This document shows, piece after piece, positions 28,212-38,517 of a stretch of 64,000 nucleotides of DNA; the first letter of the stretch is position 1, and each line of letters begins with the position of its first letter. The notes beneath the pieces are model-generated. The model worked only from the letters and a program-made list of their open reading frames with translations. It did no database searches and was not told the origin of the DNA. Origin of the DNA: a virus; the IMG/VR virus record IMGVR_UViG_3300045988_182948; one strand, 5' to 3'. The position numbers and the translations under genes are program-made.

Positions 28212-28931
28212 GTGAAAGGATGTTTGACTATGGAAAGCGATGAACTAGATATTTTAATGGAAGAATGGCAGGAATATGAAAGAAACCGCCTTGGGAATGA
28301 GTTCAAATATTTTATTAATGATGGATTTATTGATAAGAAGGCTTGGATGAATCAAACAGGAGTCAAGATTTGCTATTTTCTAAAAGAAGCCTATCATGAT
28401 GAAAATAATGATACTCCGGAACATGTTCTTAATTGGATTAGAGATTGTATTCAAAAGGATGGTCCGACACATATGTGGAAAAAAGTATCTACATGGACTC
28501 AAGCCATTAAATCAGCTGAACTTTTAGAGATACCTGTGTATAATTACAAAGAGATTTACACAAATTGTAAAAAGAGAACTCGTGAAATCGCCTTTGTGAA
28601 TATTAAGAAAAGCAATGGTTTATCTCATTCGGATTCAGAGGAACTGATGAAATTGGTAGAAGATAAGCAAACTGCTGAATATCTCAAAAAGGAATTAGAA
28701 ATTATTAATCCTGATGTTATTGTCTGTGGAAACACATTCAAATATCTTCAAAAAATCCTTGGTAATGAACTAACTGGGGAAAAGCCTAATGAAAAATACT
28801 TTGCATTTTGGAAAGATAGAATCATTATTAATTATTATCACCCAGCATCACGAACTTCACAAATTGTTAATTTCTATGCCCTAAGTGCAATTTATAAGGC
28901 AGCCATAAACGAAAGCAATCACAGCTTCTAA
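28212..28931 (+). CDS. hypothetical protein (probable true start MESDELD at 28230)
   Basis: 239-aa ORF divergent from the SIR2 gene. Confidence 0.4.
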   Translation: MKGCLTMESDELDILMEEWQEYERNRLGNEFKYFINDGFIDKKAWMNQTGVKICYFLKEAYHDENNDTPEHVLNWIRDCIQKDGPTHMWKKVSTWTQAIKSAELLEIPVYNYKEIYTNCKKRTREIAFVNIKKSNGLSHSDSEELMKLVEDKQTAEYLKKELEIINPDVIVCGNTFKYLQKILGNELTGEKPNEKYFAFWKDRIIINYYHPASRTSQIVNFYALSAIYKAAINESNHSF

Positions 28932-29052
28932 ATATTGCCTAATACAAATTATAAAAAGAAATATAGGGAGTCAGTATGAAACGAACCTCAAAATTTGGAT
29001 AACCAAATAATTGAGTTCACTTCTAAATAGGCTCCCTTTTATTATCCTATAA

Positions 29053-31029
29053 TTATGCTTCCATAAAGAAGTTATTATCCAGCAATGATACCTCTTTAGC
29101 CTCTTTAGCCTTTTCTAAAGTTAGAATGACTTCTGCCTCTTCTTTATTATTGACCAAAATGCACCCTTGTCCTGTAAGCAGAGCTTCTAAATAGGTCTGA
29201 AGAGTAAATTGAGATTCTTTTTTCTTCCCAGTTCCTTCATCTTGTGACCCATTAAAGATAAGAATCCTTCTCTTAACATCTATATAACCATAATTCATAG
29301 CACGTCCAACTCCCTTTAAATGATGAGAAAAGAAACAATTCTTTTTATTATACAGTTTAACATCTTCTCCCAACTGGTTAACAGCTAGCATACCAACAAA
29401 ACACTCATCAATATCTTTGAAATTATCATATCCACTAAAGATATCAATAGAAGCATTTACAAAATCAAGTGACTGATTTTCTAAATCAACATCAATATAC
29501 TCTGCAGCATTGCTATGCGTAATGTCTCCTGACATAACAATTCCTTCTTTTTTATAGTGACTGTTCCACCCAATATGAATATCTTCCCCTTCAAAATTTC
29601 GTGCAAATGCATGTAAATCTATATCAACTCGTCTTTTATCATTCCAGTAGACAAAGAATCTCAATCTCTTCACAGCATCTGGAATCTTCAATGCTAATCC
29701 ACTTCGAATATAGCCTCCCTCCTGAGATTTTGAGTTCGTTTCTATCAGGGAGTTTTCAAGACTAATATTATTCATTTCAAGATATACAGAACGTCCAGTC
29801 AAAGCTGTTTTCAATGTTGTGGCTTTAGCTTCAAAGACTGCAAGGCAGATATGATAAACATCACGTGCTTCCTCCTCTTTTTCACCTTCAAACTCCTGAC
29901 CAAAATGAGTGAGAATGCTTACCAATGTCTGCATACTTAAGCTTTCAACATGCTGAATCAATTCCATCTGAATCTTTTCAGGAGAATATCCTAATCTCAC
30001 TAACCATGAAACCATTCTCAGTAGAGTTCCTGGATGCTGTCCAATAAAAGATACAGCATTTTCATCTTTTATAGAAAGCAAGTCATGAACTTTAGAATAC
30101 CAGGAATGAAGCTCCTTTTGTCTTAAATACTTAACAGCCTGATTATGTTTTCGACTTCTTGAATACTCCTGATAATCAAGTGCCTGTAGTGCAAATAAAG
30201 TCTCTTCTCTTTTCTTATTCGAAATCATAATATTGACTTTGAAATCTGAAATAGGGAAACTTTCTAAAACCCTTACAAACATCTTTTTATTTGACTTTGT
30301 AAAATGATAATGGTTTCTTTTGTATACATATGATATGACTCTTAGAACATCCCCTGTATGCTGACAAATAGATGACATTGCCTTTATAAACTGTTCTTTT
30401 TTCATTGTCTGGAAAAATACCCAAGATAATTCCAATAAATTCTCCTTAAACTGAATAGAAGTATCTTTTAGGATATGTTCTGGGATATGAATACATGCCA
30501 TTGAAATCATTTCTTTTTCAGGGATTGTCATTCTCTCTCTCTTAGAAAGAATACGAATAAAAGGAGTTTGATATTGGTTTGTTTGGGGAATTAATTCTAA
30601 TACCTTAGCCTCCAATAATTTATCATCTTCTCTTGTTTTGATGCTTTCTTTAACATTAGGAAGCCAACCTTTAGCAACTTCTACAGGAAACAATGATTCA
30701 ACTCCATAAGTGGAGAAATAATGAACAAGCTGATGCATACGATATGTTGCTTCATCTATTTCCATAACCTGATTTGGAAAATCAGGATACATAGGCTTTG
30801 CTGGTATTTCGTCCATTAGGGAAAGTAAAGAGTGATAAAAGGTATCTAGAGATAACGACTGAGCTAATAAAATAATATCTTTAGCATTTAATGTATAACC
30901 TAAAGAGAGCAGATTTTCATTTAATGTCACTGCTTTTGCCAAACGTTCATGAGTTAAAGAAAACTCCTCTGTGTTGTCATATAAAGCAATTCTTAATTCG
31001 GATAATAATAATTTTTCATATTTTTGCAT
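29053..31029 (-). CDS. large protein with a C-terminal TerD-like domain
   Basis: C-terminal VDIDLHAFA...GIVMSGDITHSNAAEYIDVDLEN resembles the TerD Ca-binding core (DLDASA...SGDNxTGEG...DE.I.VDL). Confidence 0.45.
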   Translation of the reverse strand: MQKYEKLLLSELRIALYDNTEEFSLTHERLAKAVTLNENLLSLGYTLNAKDIILLAQSLSLDTFYHSLLSLMDEIPAKPMYPDFPNQVMEIDEATYRMHQLVHYFSTYGVESLFPVEVAKGWLPNVKESIKTREDDKLLEAKVLELIPQTNQYQTPFIRILSKRERMTIPEKEMISMACIHIPEHILKDTSIQFKENLLELSWVFFQTMKKEQFIKAMSSICQHTGDVLRVISYVYKRNHYHFTKSNKKMFVRVLESFPISDFKVNIMISNKKREETLFALQALDYQEYSRSRKHNQAVKYLRQKELHSWYSKVHDLLSIKDENAVSFIGQHPGTLLRMVSWLVRLGYSPEKIQMELIQHVESLSMQTLVSILTHFGQEFEGEKEEEARDVYHICLAVFEAKATTLKTALTGRSVYLEMNNISLENSLIETNSKSQEGGYIRSGLALKIPDAVKRLRFFVYWNDKRRVDIDLHAFARNFEGEDIHIGWNSHYKKEGIVMSGDITHSNAAEYIDVDLENQSLDFVNASIDIFSGYDNFKDIDECFVGMLAVNQLGEDVKLYNKKNCFFSHHLKGVGRAMNYGYIDVKRRILIFNGSQDEGTGKKKESQFTLQTYLEALLTGQGCILVNNKEEAEVILTLEKAKEAKEVSLLDNNFFMEA

Positions 31030-31048
31030 ATCTGCACCTCCATTAATT

Positions 31049-31073
31049 TAAAAAAAGAGGAGTCAAAGACTCC
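31049..31073 (-). terminator. rho-independent terminator (minus strand)
   Basis: Hairpin GGAGTCAAAGACTCC with an A-run on the plus strand, i.e. a T-run on the minus strand. Confidence 0.5.
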
Positions 31074-31418
31074 ATGTGAGCAATCTTGTAGCAGTTCTTC
31101 TTTTCCTTCATATTTACAAGATTTTGAATCAAAAGGATGCTACAACATAATAGAAAAGAAGTTCGCCCACAGCTGAACAATCCGATAGCAATAAAGTTCT
31201 TTTTCTGCAAAATGTCTTCTTTACAAAATAAAAGGAAGCTATCATATATAAATTTATTAAAATAACAATAAATTTGAAAAAAGAACCACGTCCAGCGATT
31301 AATCTCTTTTCATTGCATAACCATTATAACATATAATTTGTTTTTAGTCAATTATATTTAAGATTATATGTCTTATTCTTAATTTCTTAAATGGTTATAA
31401 GTCGGTGTATTTCATTAC

Positions 31419-32678
31419 TTATTTTTTAACCCTTTCATTTTCTTTCACATCTATTTTACATTTTTCAGTCTTAATTGGTACTTTGTTATAATCAGTTAGG
31501 TAAGCAAATTCGCCTTTCTCTACAAAATATGTTTTGATTTCGCTCTCTTCGTCATCACTCTTTATCATTTTTGTGTCAATTATTTTCATAATGATTTTTT
31601 CATTATTTTTATTTTCTAATAGCAAATATTTGTTTTCTTGATTTTCTTCAATAATATGATGTATTTCTTCATCAAGAAGGATATCTATTCCTTTATTATA
31701 GAAATTATCTAGCAAAGATGACATACTGTAGATAAAATAACATGTCATTGCGAAAATAATAAGTATAGAAGATACAAGATAAAGAAATGTTTTTATTTGC
31801 ATTTTATTATCTACATCTTCCTTTTTTTCTTCTTCATCTTGATTATCTTGATTAACTTCTTTTTTTTGAGTGACTTTTTTACCTTTATTTAAGTAACCTA
31901 GCCTATCTAATCCATCAACAAAGTAAGGTATATAAATAATATATGAAATTATAAAACTAATACTTAACCATCCTTGAGCTTCAATTTGTTTTAAACTATA
32001 TATAAACCACACAGTCATACCAATAATAATGGCTATTGTACAACAACTTCTTATTACAATATTTTTTTGTGCTATAAAAACAATATAACCAAAATAACAT
32101 AATATCATAATAAGAAATATAACAATTGGTTTTATTATGAATTGAATTATTTCAATAGTTCCTGTATTCCCATAAAATATCAAAGTACAAATAATAAGAA
32201 GTAACGTTATTTCCATGAATACACAAGGAAAAAATATTGCCTTATGTGTTAATTTGTTTTTAAATTTATACATAATAATTGCTTCTATAAAAATTATAAA
32301 ACAAACCGACAGGCCAACAATCAAATTACTCCAGTACGAAGAAACTTCAACATTTAAAGGAATATTATTTAGTCCCAAATATTCACAGTATCCCTCTGTC
32401 ATAATTTGATTAAAATACCCCATTAACCATGGAAAGATACCAACAGTAATTGCAAATATAGCCCCAAAACTCGTTGAATTCTTTAAAAAGAAAAACAAAA
32501 AAGGATATTTCTTCTGTAACTTATCCTCAGCGGGGGTGTTTGTCTCACCCTTTTCTGGATTTTCAGGCAATTTTACTTTTTTGTCTTCTTCCATTTCTTG
32601 AGAAGTGGGTTCACCTTTTTGTTTCAGATTTATCTGTTCATTTTTTAATTGTTTCTTTGGATTCTTTCTTTTGCTCAT
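31419..32678 (-). CDS. polytopic membrane protein with a Lys/Glu-rich N-terminus
   Basis: Multiple predicted TM helices. 419 aa. Confidence 0.5.
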   Translation of the reverse strand: MSKRKNPKKQLKNEQINLKQKGEPTSQEMEEDKKVKLPENPEKGETNTPAEDKLQKKYPFLFFFLKNSTSFGAIFAITVGIFPWLMGYFNQIMTEGYCEYLGLNNIPLNVEVSSYWSNLIVGLSVCFIIFIEAIIMYKFKNKLTHKAIFFPCVFMEITLLLIICTLIFYGNTGTIEIIQFIIKPIVIFLIMILCYFGYIVFIAQKNIVIRSCCTIAIIIGMTVWFIYSLKQIEAQGWLSISFIISYIIYIPYFVDGLDRLGYLNKGKKVTQKKEVNQDNQDEEEKKEDVDNKMQIKTFLYLVSSILIIFAMTCYFIYSMSSLLDNFYNKGIDILLDEEIHHIIEENQENKYLLLENKNNEKIIMKIIDTKMIKSDDEESEIKTYFVEKGEFAYLTDYNKVPIKTEKCKIDVKENERVKK

Positions 32679-32807
32679 TGTATCATTCCTTTCTATAACT
32701 TCTCACAAATCTCTGTCATCATTATACAAAATTCAACAATTGAAAATCAAACAAACAAAGCAAAATAACAAGAAACTCAACCTTTTAGCAGCAAAAAAAG
32801 AGGATTC

Positions 32808-33089
32808 TCATAAAATCCTCCTAAAAAACACAAAACTTCCTACAATTACGCTGATATAGTATATATAATATGGCATACTCAATATATATATCACTTCTTT
32901 ATTCACACCACTATCTATCCACCCGCTTTTATAATCTTTCCATACATAGGCTATAAAACATCCATGAACAATCCCCATTGGGCCTATAAAAATAAGAAAT
33001 ATATTGTATCTCATCAAAAATAAAATAAGTAATAATAAGCCAAATACAAACCAAAATTGCAGCCATTTCCTAACATATTTATTTTTCAT
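32808..33089 (-). CDS. small membrane protein
   Basis: 93 aa, 2-3 TM helices. Confidence 0.4.
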   Translation of the reverse strand: MKNKYVRKWLQFWFVFGLLLLILFLMRYNIFLIFIGPMGIVHGCFIAYVWKDYKSGWIDSGVNKEVIYILSMPYYIYYISVIVGSFVFFRRIL

Positions 33090-33150
33090 TGATATTTTCT
33101 ATAGAAATATTAGCATCTCCTACCATCATTCATATCCTATTTCCTCTTAT

Positions 33151-33471
33151 TTATTTTTTTGTATCCATTTTCACTATGTAAAGAATATGAGAAGATAAAT
33201 AAAGATTGTAACAAGCATCTTGAAGATATTTTTCATCTGTTATGAGATAATTTTCTTTTGCCTTAATATCTTGTTTTATCTTCCATAATGCAACCTTGCC
33301 TGCACCCTTCAAATTGCAAAGGAGTTTTGCTGTCCTAAGACCAGTGACTTCTAAATCTGTATAAGTTACAATCTTTAAGGTAAGACTTTTGGAGAATTTG
33401 AAGGGTATTGAAACGAAACCATTTTGGTAGCAATACTCCAATACATAACTTTCTTTTTTCTCTTTCCACAT
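33151..33471 (-). CDS. hypothetical protein
   Basis: 106-aa ORF. Confidence 0.35.
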   Translation of the reverse strand: MWKEKKESYVLEYCYQNGFVSIPFKFSKSLTLKIVTYTDLEVTGLRTAKLLCNLKGAGKVALWKIKQDIKAKENYLITDEKYLQDACYNLYLSSHILYIVKMDTKK

Positions 33472-33487
33472 TTTTGAACCTCATATT

Positions 33488-33517
33488 TTATTAAAAAGAG
33501 AGGTATTAATCCTCTCT
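33488..33517 (-). terminator. terminator overlapping the flotillin stop codon
   Basis: AGAGAGG-TATTAAT-CCTCTCT hairpin plus T-run on the minus strand. Confidence 0.5.
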
Positions 33518-34963
33518 CTTATCATTACTCATTTTTTCCAATGCTTTCACTCCAACTAATGACCCAAGAATCTGATTAAGATTTAAGCCCAACCCTTGTT
33601 CCATTCCTGTATTTACTTGATGAGTTGTCTTCATGACATCCTCAATCAGTTTTGCGCTATTCCCTTCACCATACATTGTAATGTTGCCAATCTTTTCAAG
33701 TGGTTTGGCTGCCGCTTCAACTGCTTTTGGCCATGCATTGAAGTACATTTCTGCAATTGCTGCTTCGCCATATTTTTTCATCGCTTCAGCTTTTTTATCT
33801 AATGCTTCAGCTTCAGCAATACCTTTGGCTTCAATAGCCTTGGCTTCTGCTTCCCCTTTTGCACGGATACCTGAGGCTTCCTGCTCCATTTGATATTTTA
33901 AGGCTTCAGCTTGTGCTTTCTTGGCTTGAGCTTCTTTTTCCTGCTCAAATTTCCACGCTTCTGCATTTTGCTGACGTGCATATAAATCAGCCTCTGCTCT
34001 TTGCTGTGCAGCAAATTTTTCTGCTTCAGCTTGCTTCTTGATTTTTGCATCAAGTTCCTGTTCTGTAACTTCAACGTCTTTACGTCTCAATTCAATTTCT
34101 TTTTCCTGTCTCATAATATTTGCGTCAGCTGTTGCAATTTCAATTGCTTTACGAGACTGTTCCTGCTGAATTGTATATGCTGCATCTGCTTCAGCTTGTT
34201 TTGCATCTGCAGTCTTCTTTAATTCAGCTTTTTTGATAGCTAATTCATTATTCTTTTCTGCAATGATTGTTTCAGCAGCAATTTTTGCATCATTTGCTTC
34301 CTGGAATGCTTTTGACTGAGCCTGAGCAATATCTCTTTCACTCACAGCACGAGAAATTGCCGCATTTTTTTGAATCTTTACAATATTGTCAACCCCAAGA
34401 TTTTCAATAACACCATTGCCATCAACAAAATTCTGAACATTAAACGAAACAATATCCAAACCCATCTTTGCCAAATCAGGTTCAGCATTCTCCTTTACCA
34501 ATTCAGCAAACTTCTGTCTATCGGAAACCATTTCCTCAAGATTCATACGTCCTACGATTTCACGCATATTCCCTTCCAAAACTTCTCTTGCAACATTGGC
34601 AATATAATCAACTCTCTTATTCAAGAAGTTCTGTGCAGCTAATCCTAAACGTTCACTGTTATCACTAATCTTGACATTGACTGCTGCATCTACATTAATG
34701 TTGATATAGTCAGCAGTTGGTACAGCACTAGACGTTTTGACATCAATGGGAATTAACTGTAAATTCAATTCATCTTTCTTCTCTAAAAATGGAATTTTAA
34801 TTCCTGCTTTCCCAATTAAAACCTTTGGTTGTTTTCTCAGTCCTGAAATAATATATGCAGTGTCTGGTGATGCCTTGACATATCCTGTCAATACAATCAC
34901 TAAAATAAGAGCTCCTACTAAAACACCTGTAATCACTCCAGGATTCATTAAAAAATCTAACAT
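33506..34963 (-). CDS. flotillin / SPFH (band 7) family protein
   Basis: N-terminal TM, SPFH core, long Ala/Glu/Lys-rich coiled coil (EAEAKAIEAKGIAEAEAL...). Confidence 0.75.
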   Translation of the reverse strand: MLDFLMNPGVITGVLVGALILVIVLTGYVKASPDTAYIISGLRKQPKVLIGKAGIKIPFLEKKDELNLQLIPIDVKTSSAVPTADYININVDAAVNVKISDNSERLGLAAQNFLNKRVDYIANVAREVLEGNMREIVGRMNLEEMVSDRQKFAELVKENAEPDLAKMGLDIVSFNVQNFVDGNGVIENLGVDNIVKIQKNAAISRAVSERDIAQAQSKAFQEANDAKIAAETIIAEKNNELAIKKAELKKTADAKQAEADAAYTIQQEQSRKAIEIATADANIMRQEKEIELRRKDVEVTEQELDAKIKKQAEAEKFAAQQRAEADLYARQQNAEAWKFEQEKEAQAKKAQAEALKYQMEQEASGIRAKGEAEAKAIEAKGIAEAEALDKKAEAMKKYGEAAIAEMYFNAWPKAVEAAAKPLEKIGNITMYGEGNSAKLIEDVMKTTHQVNTGMEQGLGLNLNQILGSLVGVKALEKMSNDKRED

Positions 34964-35036
34964 AATCTACCTCCTTTCTTTTTATTCAATTGTTTCATTC
35001 TTATTTGTTAAACTTTCTTATTTCATGTCTTCACCT

Positions 35037-35070
35037 CAAAAAAAGAATGCAGACAGGTGCATTCTTTTTT
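35037..35070. terminator. bidirectional intrinsic terminator (A7 - hairpin AGAATGCA..TGCATTCT - T7)
   Basis: Seen in sequence. Confidence 0.55.
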
Positions 35071-35282
35071 TATATGCTTTGTCATTTATTTGCACCTGTC
35101 CTTTCTTTATGAGTCTATTATATCATTTATTTGTTATTTTTACAATAATTTTTTCTATATATTTATGAAAATAACAAATGTTTAACTGTTTTCCCTTTGC
35201 TGTCATTATATAAAGAAAAAGACATACCTCATTTGATACGTCTTTTCCTTATCATAATATAATATTTATAAACTATGGAACT

Positions 35283-35543
35283 TTATTCTACATAATTGCA
35301 TCTTTCAATCTTTACTTTATCAGAATGTTTCCATCCAATTGCTCTTGTCTTTGCCTGACACATTGGACAGCTGCAATGTATTTTACTTTTAGCAAGTCTG
35401 TGTGTTTGCCCATTTGTGAATTCCTCTAAAACTCCCTCACCATAACTATCCAAAATCTTTTTCTTTCTTTCAATAATCCTGAATTCATTCTTTCTAGAAA
35501 CTGCTCTATTATGTCTTTTTTCAGTATATGACATTGTCTTCAC
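35283..35543 (-). CDS. small basic Cys-containing protein (CSCPMC motif)
   Basis: 86-aa ORF. Confidence 0.35.
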   Translation of the reverse strand: MKTMSYTEKRHNRAVSRKNEFRIIERKKKILDSYGEGVLEEFTNGQTHRLAKSKIHCSCPMCQAKTRAIGWKHSDKVKIERCNYVE

Positions 35544-35698
35544 CTCACTGAATACTTATAAAAATCGTGAAAAGAAAGCCATTCACCTCTCCAAGTGAAC
35601 AGCCAATATTATACAGGTCCTCTCACGATTTCCATAATTCTATTTTACCATAGATTATTAGGATAAAGAAAAATAGAACTGTTGTATTCTATCATGAT

Positions 35699-35908
35699 TT
35701 ATATAATATAGATTTCACCTTTAACGATTTCATCATTATATAGCCCATTATAATAAATAATCTTTTTATCAGTTACATAATAGATTTCCAAATCATTAAT
35801 CTTGTTAAGAATTATTTTTTTATGTTTTAAGGAATCCTTAACTTCCTTAATGATTCTGCTTTCTTCAATATTGAATCCATTACTCTGTATTTCTAGTTTA
35901 TATTTCAT
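35699..35908 (-). CDS. small hypothetical protein
   Basis: 69-aa ORF. Confidence 0.3.
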   Translation of the reverse strand: MKYKLEIQSNGFNIEESRIIKEVKDSLKHKKIILNKINDLEIYYVTDKKIIYYNGLYNDEIVKGEIYII

Positions 35909-35935
35909 TATCTCACCTCCGTTCTTTTATTCTTT

Positions 35936-36538
35936 TTACTCTTTTAAACTCCTTATAAATACTTTCAGCAATCTTTCATCATATTGAGAAGATTCTTCCA
36001 ATAATCTCTGAATAGCCTCTTGCGTCGTTAGTGTTTGCTTGTAGCATCTTTGAGATGTTAAAGCATCATAACTATCTACAATTGCAACTATTTTTGCTTC
36101 TAAAGGGATAGTATCTCCCTTTAAATTCTGCAAATATCCACTCCCATTATTTCTTTCATGATGATATAAGACAATATTTTGGCAAACGCTTGCAAAATCA
36201 AAATCTTCATCTGTTTTACAGTATTTAAAAAGATTACAGAGATAATATGTTCCATATTGAGTATGATTTTGAATAATCTGATATTCCCTATTTGTTAATG
36301 TTTTCTTTTTTGAAAGAATTTCCAAAGGAATAGCAAGTTTCCCTATATCATGAACAAGAGCCGCCAATTCAACATGAAACTTAAATAAATCAGTTAAGTT
36401 TAACGAAGGGATATCCTTGTCCAATCTCTCAACAAATCTTTTTATATACATTGACACATTTTCTGAATGGTCGTTGAAAAAGTTTTTTTGAGAAGTGACA
36501 AGATGATTAAATTCATCTTCAACAGCTTTTGATATCAT
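35936..36538 (-). CDS. HD-GYP-type HD-domain phosphohydrolase
   Basis: The H...HDIGK metal-binding motif and HHERNNGSGY (GYP variant). Confidence 0.65.
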   Translation of the reverse strand: MISKAVEDEFNHLVTSQKNFFNDHSENVSMYIKRFVERLDKDIPSLNLTDLFKFHVELAALVHDIGKLAIPLEILSKKKTLTNREYQIIQNHTQYGTYYLCNLFKYCKTDEDFDFASVCQNIVLYHHERNNGSGYLQNLKGDTIPLEAKIVAIVDSYDALTSQRCYKQTLTTQEAIQRLLEESSQYDERLLKVFIRSLKE

Positions 36539-36732
36539 TTAAAAATCACCTCATTAAGATACTTTAGTACCTTTTATTTATTTAAATTTATAATACTTAA
36601 CTTATTACTTTCTTTTGCAAAGTATAAAATCATATAAAAACCTGTTACATATTTACAATTTCTTTAAATCATGCTACATTTATATTATAAATCAACTCTT
36701 ATTTCAAGAGTTTCAAAAGGGAGGAATGTATT

Positions 36733-37536
36733 ATGAAGCTCAGTTTTAAGAAATTTTTTGTTGGGGTATCAATTTTAGCATTAACTTTTGCTGCTATAAA
36801 TGTAACCCCAGTATTCGCAGCAGATTTAGATGATATTTATGAAAAAGAAATATCTGAATCTATTATTGCTGGTGACGGAAGTGCTGAAAACCCTTATATT
36901 TTAAATGAAGAAACCTCGCCGATGTTTACACAGTATTTAGAAGAAAAGGGTAAAGAAGCTATAGTGTCTTTACAAGTTCCAACAGTATCAACATTTGGTT
37001 TATTTGATGGCATTTTAAGTGGTACATCTCACGGAACTGCACCAAATGGTGCCTATTGGAAATATACGAGTGGAGCACCAAATGTTAATAGTAATGGTAA
37101 TGTATGGATGAAAAGTGTTGAATATATGACTTACAATGAAGTAAAAAATATGGTGGCAGGGTTTAATTCAAGTTCATATGTTTCAGTGTTTAAAGGTAGT
37201 ATTACAGAAATTGCTGGATGGAGCTTAACTAAAGCTGTTAATCATCTTATAAACAAAGGAATACAAAAGAGTATAGCAACAGCTTTTGCAACTTGGCTTG
37301 GTTGCGGAACAACTTTTATTGGTGCATATCTTATATTAGAAGAATACAGTACTTTTACGAAACAAAGACCATATATAAGAGCCCATGAAGCTGGTGTAGG
37401 ACTTATTCATGCAGCATATAATACTTCTTATCAAGGAAAATGGTATGGTCATTCTGCATCTGATTTATGGCCAACTTATCCAATTGCTAAAGACCCTGGA
37501 ATAATGTATGGAAAAGGAACTTATGTGAAAAAATGA
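36733..37536 (+). CDS. secreted protein (signal peptide ...PVFAAD)
   Basis: N-terminal signal peptide. 267 aa. Confidence 0.5.
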   Translation: MKLSFKKFFVGVSILALTFAAINVTPVFAADLDDIYEKEISESIIAGDGSAENPYILNEETSPMFTQYLEEKGKEAIVSLQVPTVSTFGLFDGILSGTSHGTAPNGAYWKYTSGAPNVNSNGNVWMKSVEYMTYNEVKNMVAGFNSSSYVSVFKGSITEIAGWSLTKAVNHLINKGIQKSIATAFATWLGCGTTFIGAYLILEEYSTFTKQRPYIRAHEAGVGLIHAAYNTSYQGKWYGHSASDLWPTYPIAKDPGIMYGKGTYVKK

Positions 37537-37820
37537 TATTTTACTTTTTAATTGAAACCATTACTTTATTATTAATCTTTATTAATATTCTAAAACTTAT
37601 TAAAAAAAATGATTTAAAAAAATACATTATATTTATTGAGGGAGGATTAATAGTTTCTTTTATTTCAATATATTTGTTTGTATATTTCAATGGATATCTT
37701 CCTCATATCACAGAAGAATTAAATAAAAATGGATTTTTATATCCTTTTCATTTAATTTCTATTCTCGTGTGGGTAGTTTTAAATAGTATTATTCTTCATA
37801 AGCAAAAAAAAAATAAATAG
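37533..37820 (+). CDS. small membrane protein (3 TM), translationally coupled to the upstream secreted protein
   Basis: ATGA overlap with the upstream stop. Hydrophobic throughout. Confidence 0.45.
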   Translation: MIFYFLIETITLLLIFINILKLIKKNDLKKYIIFIEGGLIVSFISIYLFVYFNGYLPHITEELNKNGFLYPFHLISILVWVVLNSIILHKQKKNK

Positions 37821-38188
37821 AATCTTACTCTATAAATGAATATCATTTATAGAGTCTTTTTTATTTCTAATTCACTTAAATCTAAGTATTGAAATATAAA
37901 TATATTGCGAACGTTCCTATGAACCCTAACTCTTCAAGTGTCTAACATAGGCTTTTCCAAGTTTTTCTTCTGTTTCTCAATTGATATGAGTCATTGTCCC
38001 CTATTGCCTTTTACGTCGGTCTCATGTTACTGGCACAACTTCGCAGATACATAAGTTCTTTTGTTATGACTGATTTAAAATTTACCTTCTTTGATTATAT
38101 CTGATAAAGTTATTGTTCTCTTGTATTGTGAAATCACTTATGGGCACAAAATGCCCAGATGTCTTTTCATTATAATAAATTTCTTCTT

Positions 38189-38263
38189 TGGTGTGAAAGA
38201 CGGGAATCGAACCCGTATAGTTGGAGCCACAATCCACCGCACTACCATTGTGCTACAATCACC
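38189..38263 (-). tRNA. tRNA-His (GUG) with G-1; two T:T mismatches in the acceptor stem
   Basis: Manual fold: T-arm ACGGG/TTCGATT/CCCGT, anticodon loop TTGTGGC, encoded CCA. Confidence 0.5.
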
Positions 38264-38316
38264 ATCATTATTTTATAAAGCAACACGCAAAAAGTGAGTG
38301 TTCGTCATAAAATATT

Positions 38317-38391
38317 TGGTACCCAATATAGGAATCGAACCTATAATTGATGGTTCGTAGCCATCTGTTTTATCCATTAGACTAATTGGGT
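38317..38391 (-). tRNA. tRNA-Arg (ACG)
   Basis: Perfect 7-bp acceptor, anticodon loop CTACGAA, encoded CCA. Confidence 0.7.
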
Positions 38392-38399
38392 ATGTTTTT

Positions 38400-38473
38400 T
38401 GGAGGCCTCGACCAGACTTGAACTGGTATAAATAGGGTTGCAGCCTATTGCATAGCCATTCTGCCACGAGGTC
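38400..38473 (-). tRNA. tRNA-Cys (GCA)
   Basis: Anticodon loop CTGCAAC. One A:C mismatch in the acceptor stem. Confidence 0.6.
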
Positions 38474-38517
38474 GCAAATATTTTCTTTTTGTTTTACAAT
38501 ATTTTAACTTTATATTT

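Noticed and set aside
37900-38188. Possible tmRNA or other structured RNA downstream of the tRNA array
   Set aside because: No tRNA-like 5'/3' tmRNA ends or tag-reading-frame signatures were found. Only a weak hairpin is seen at 38140-38170.
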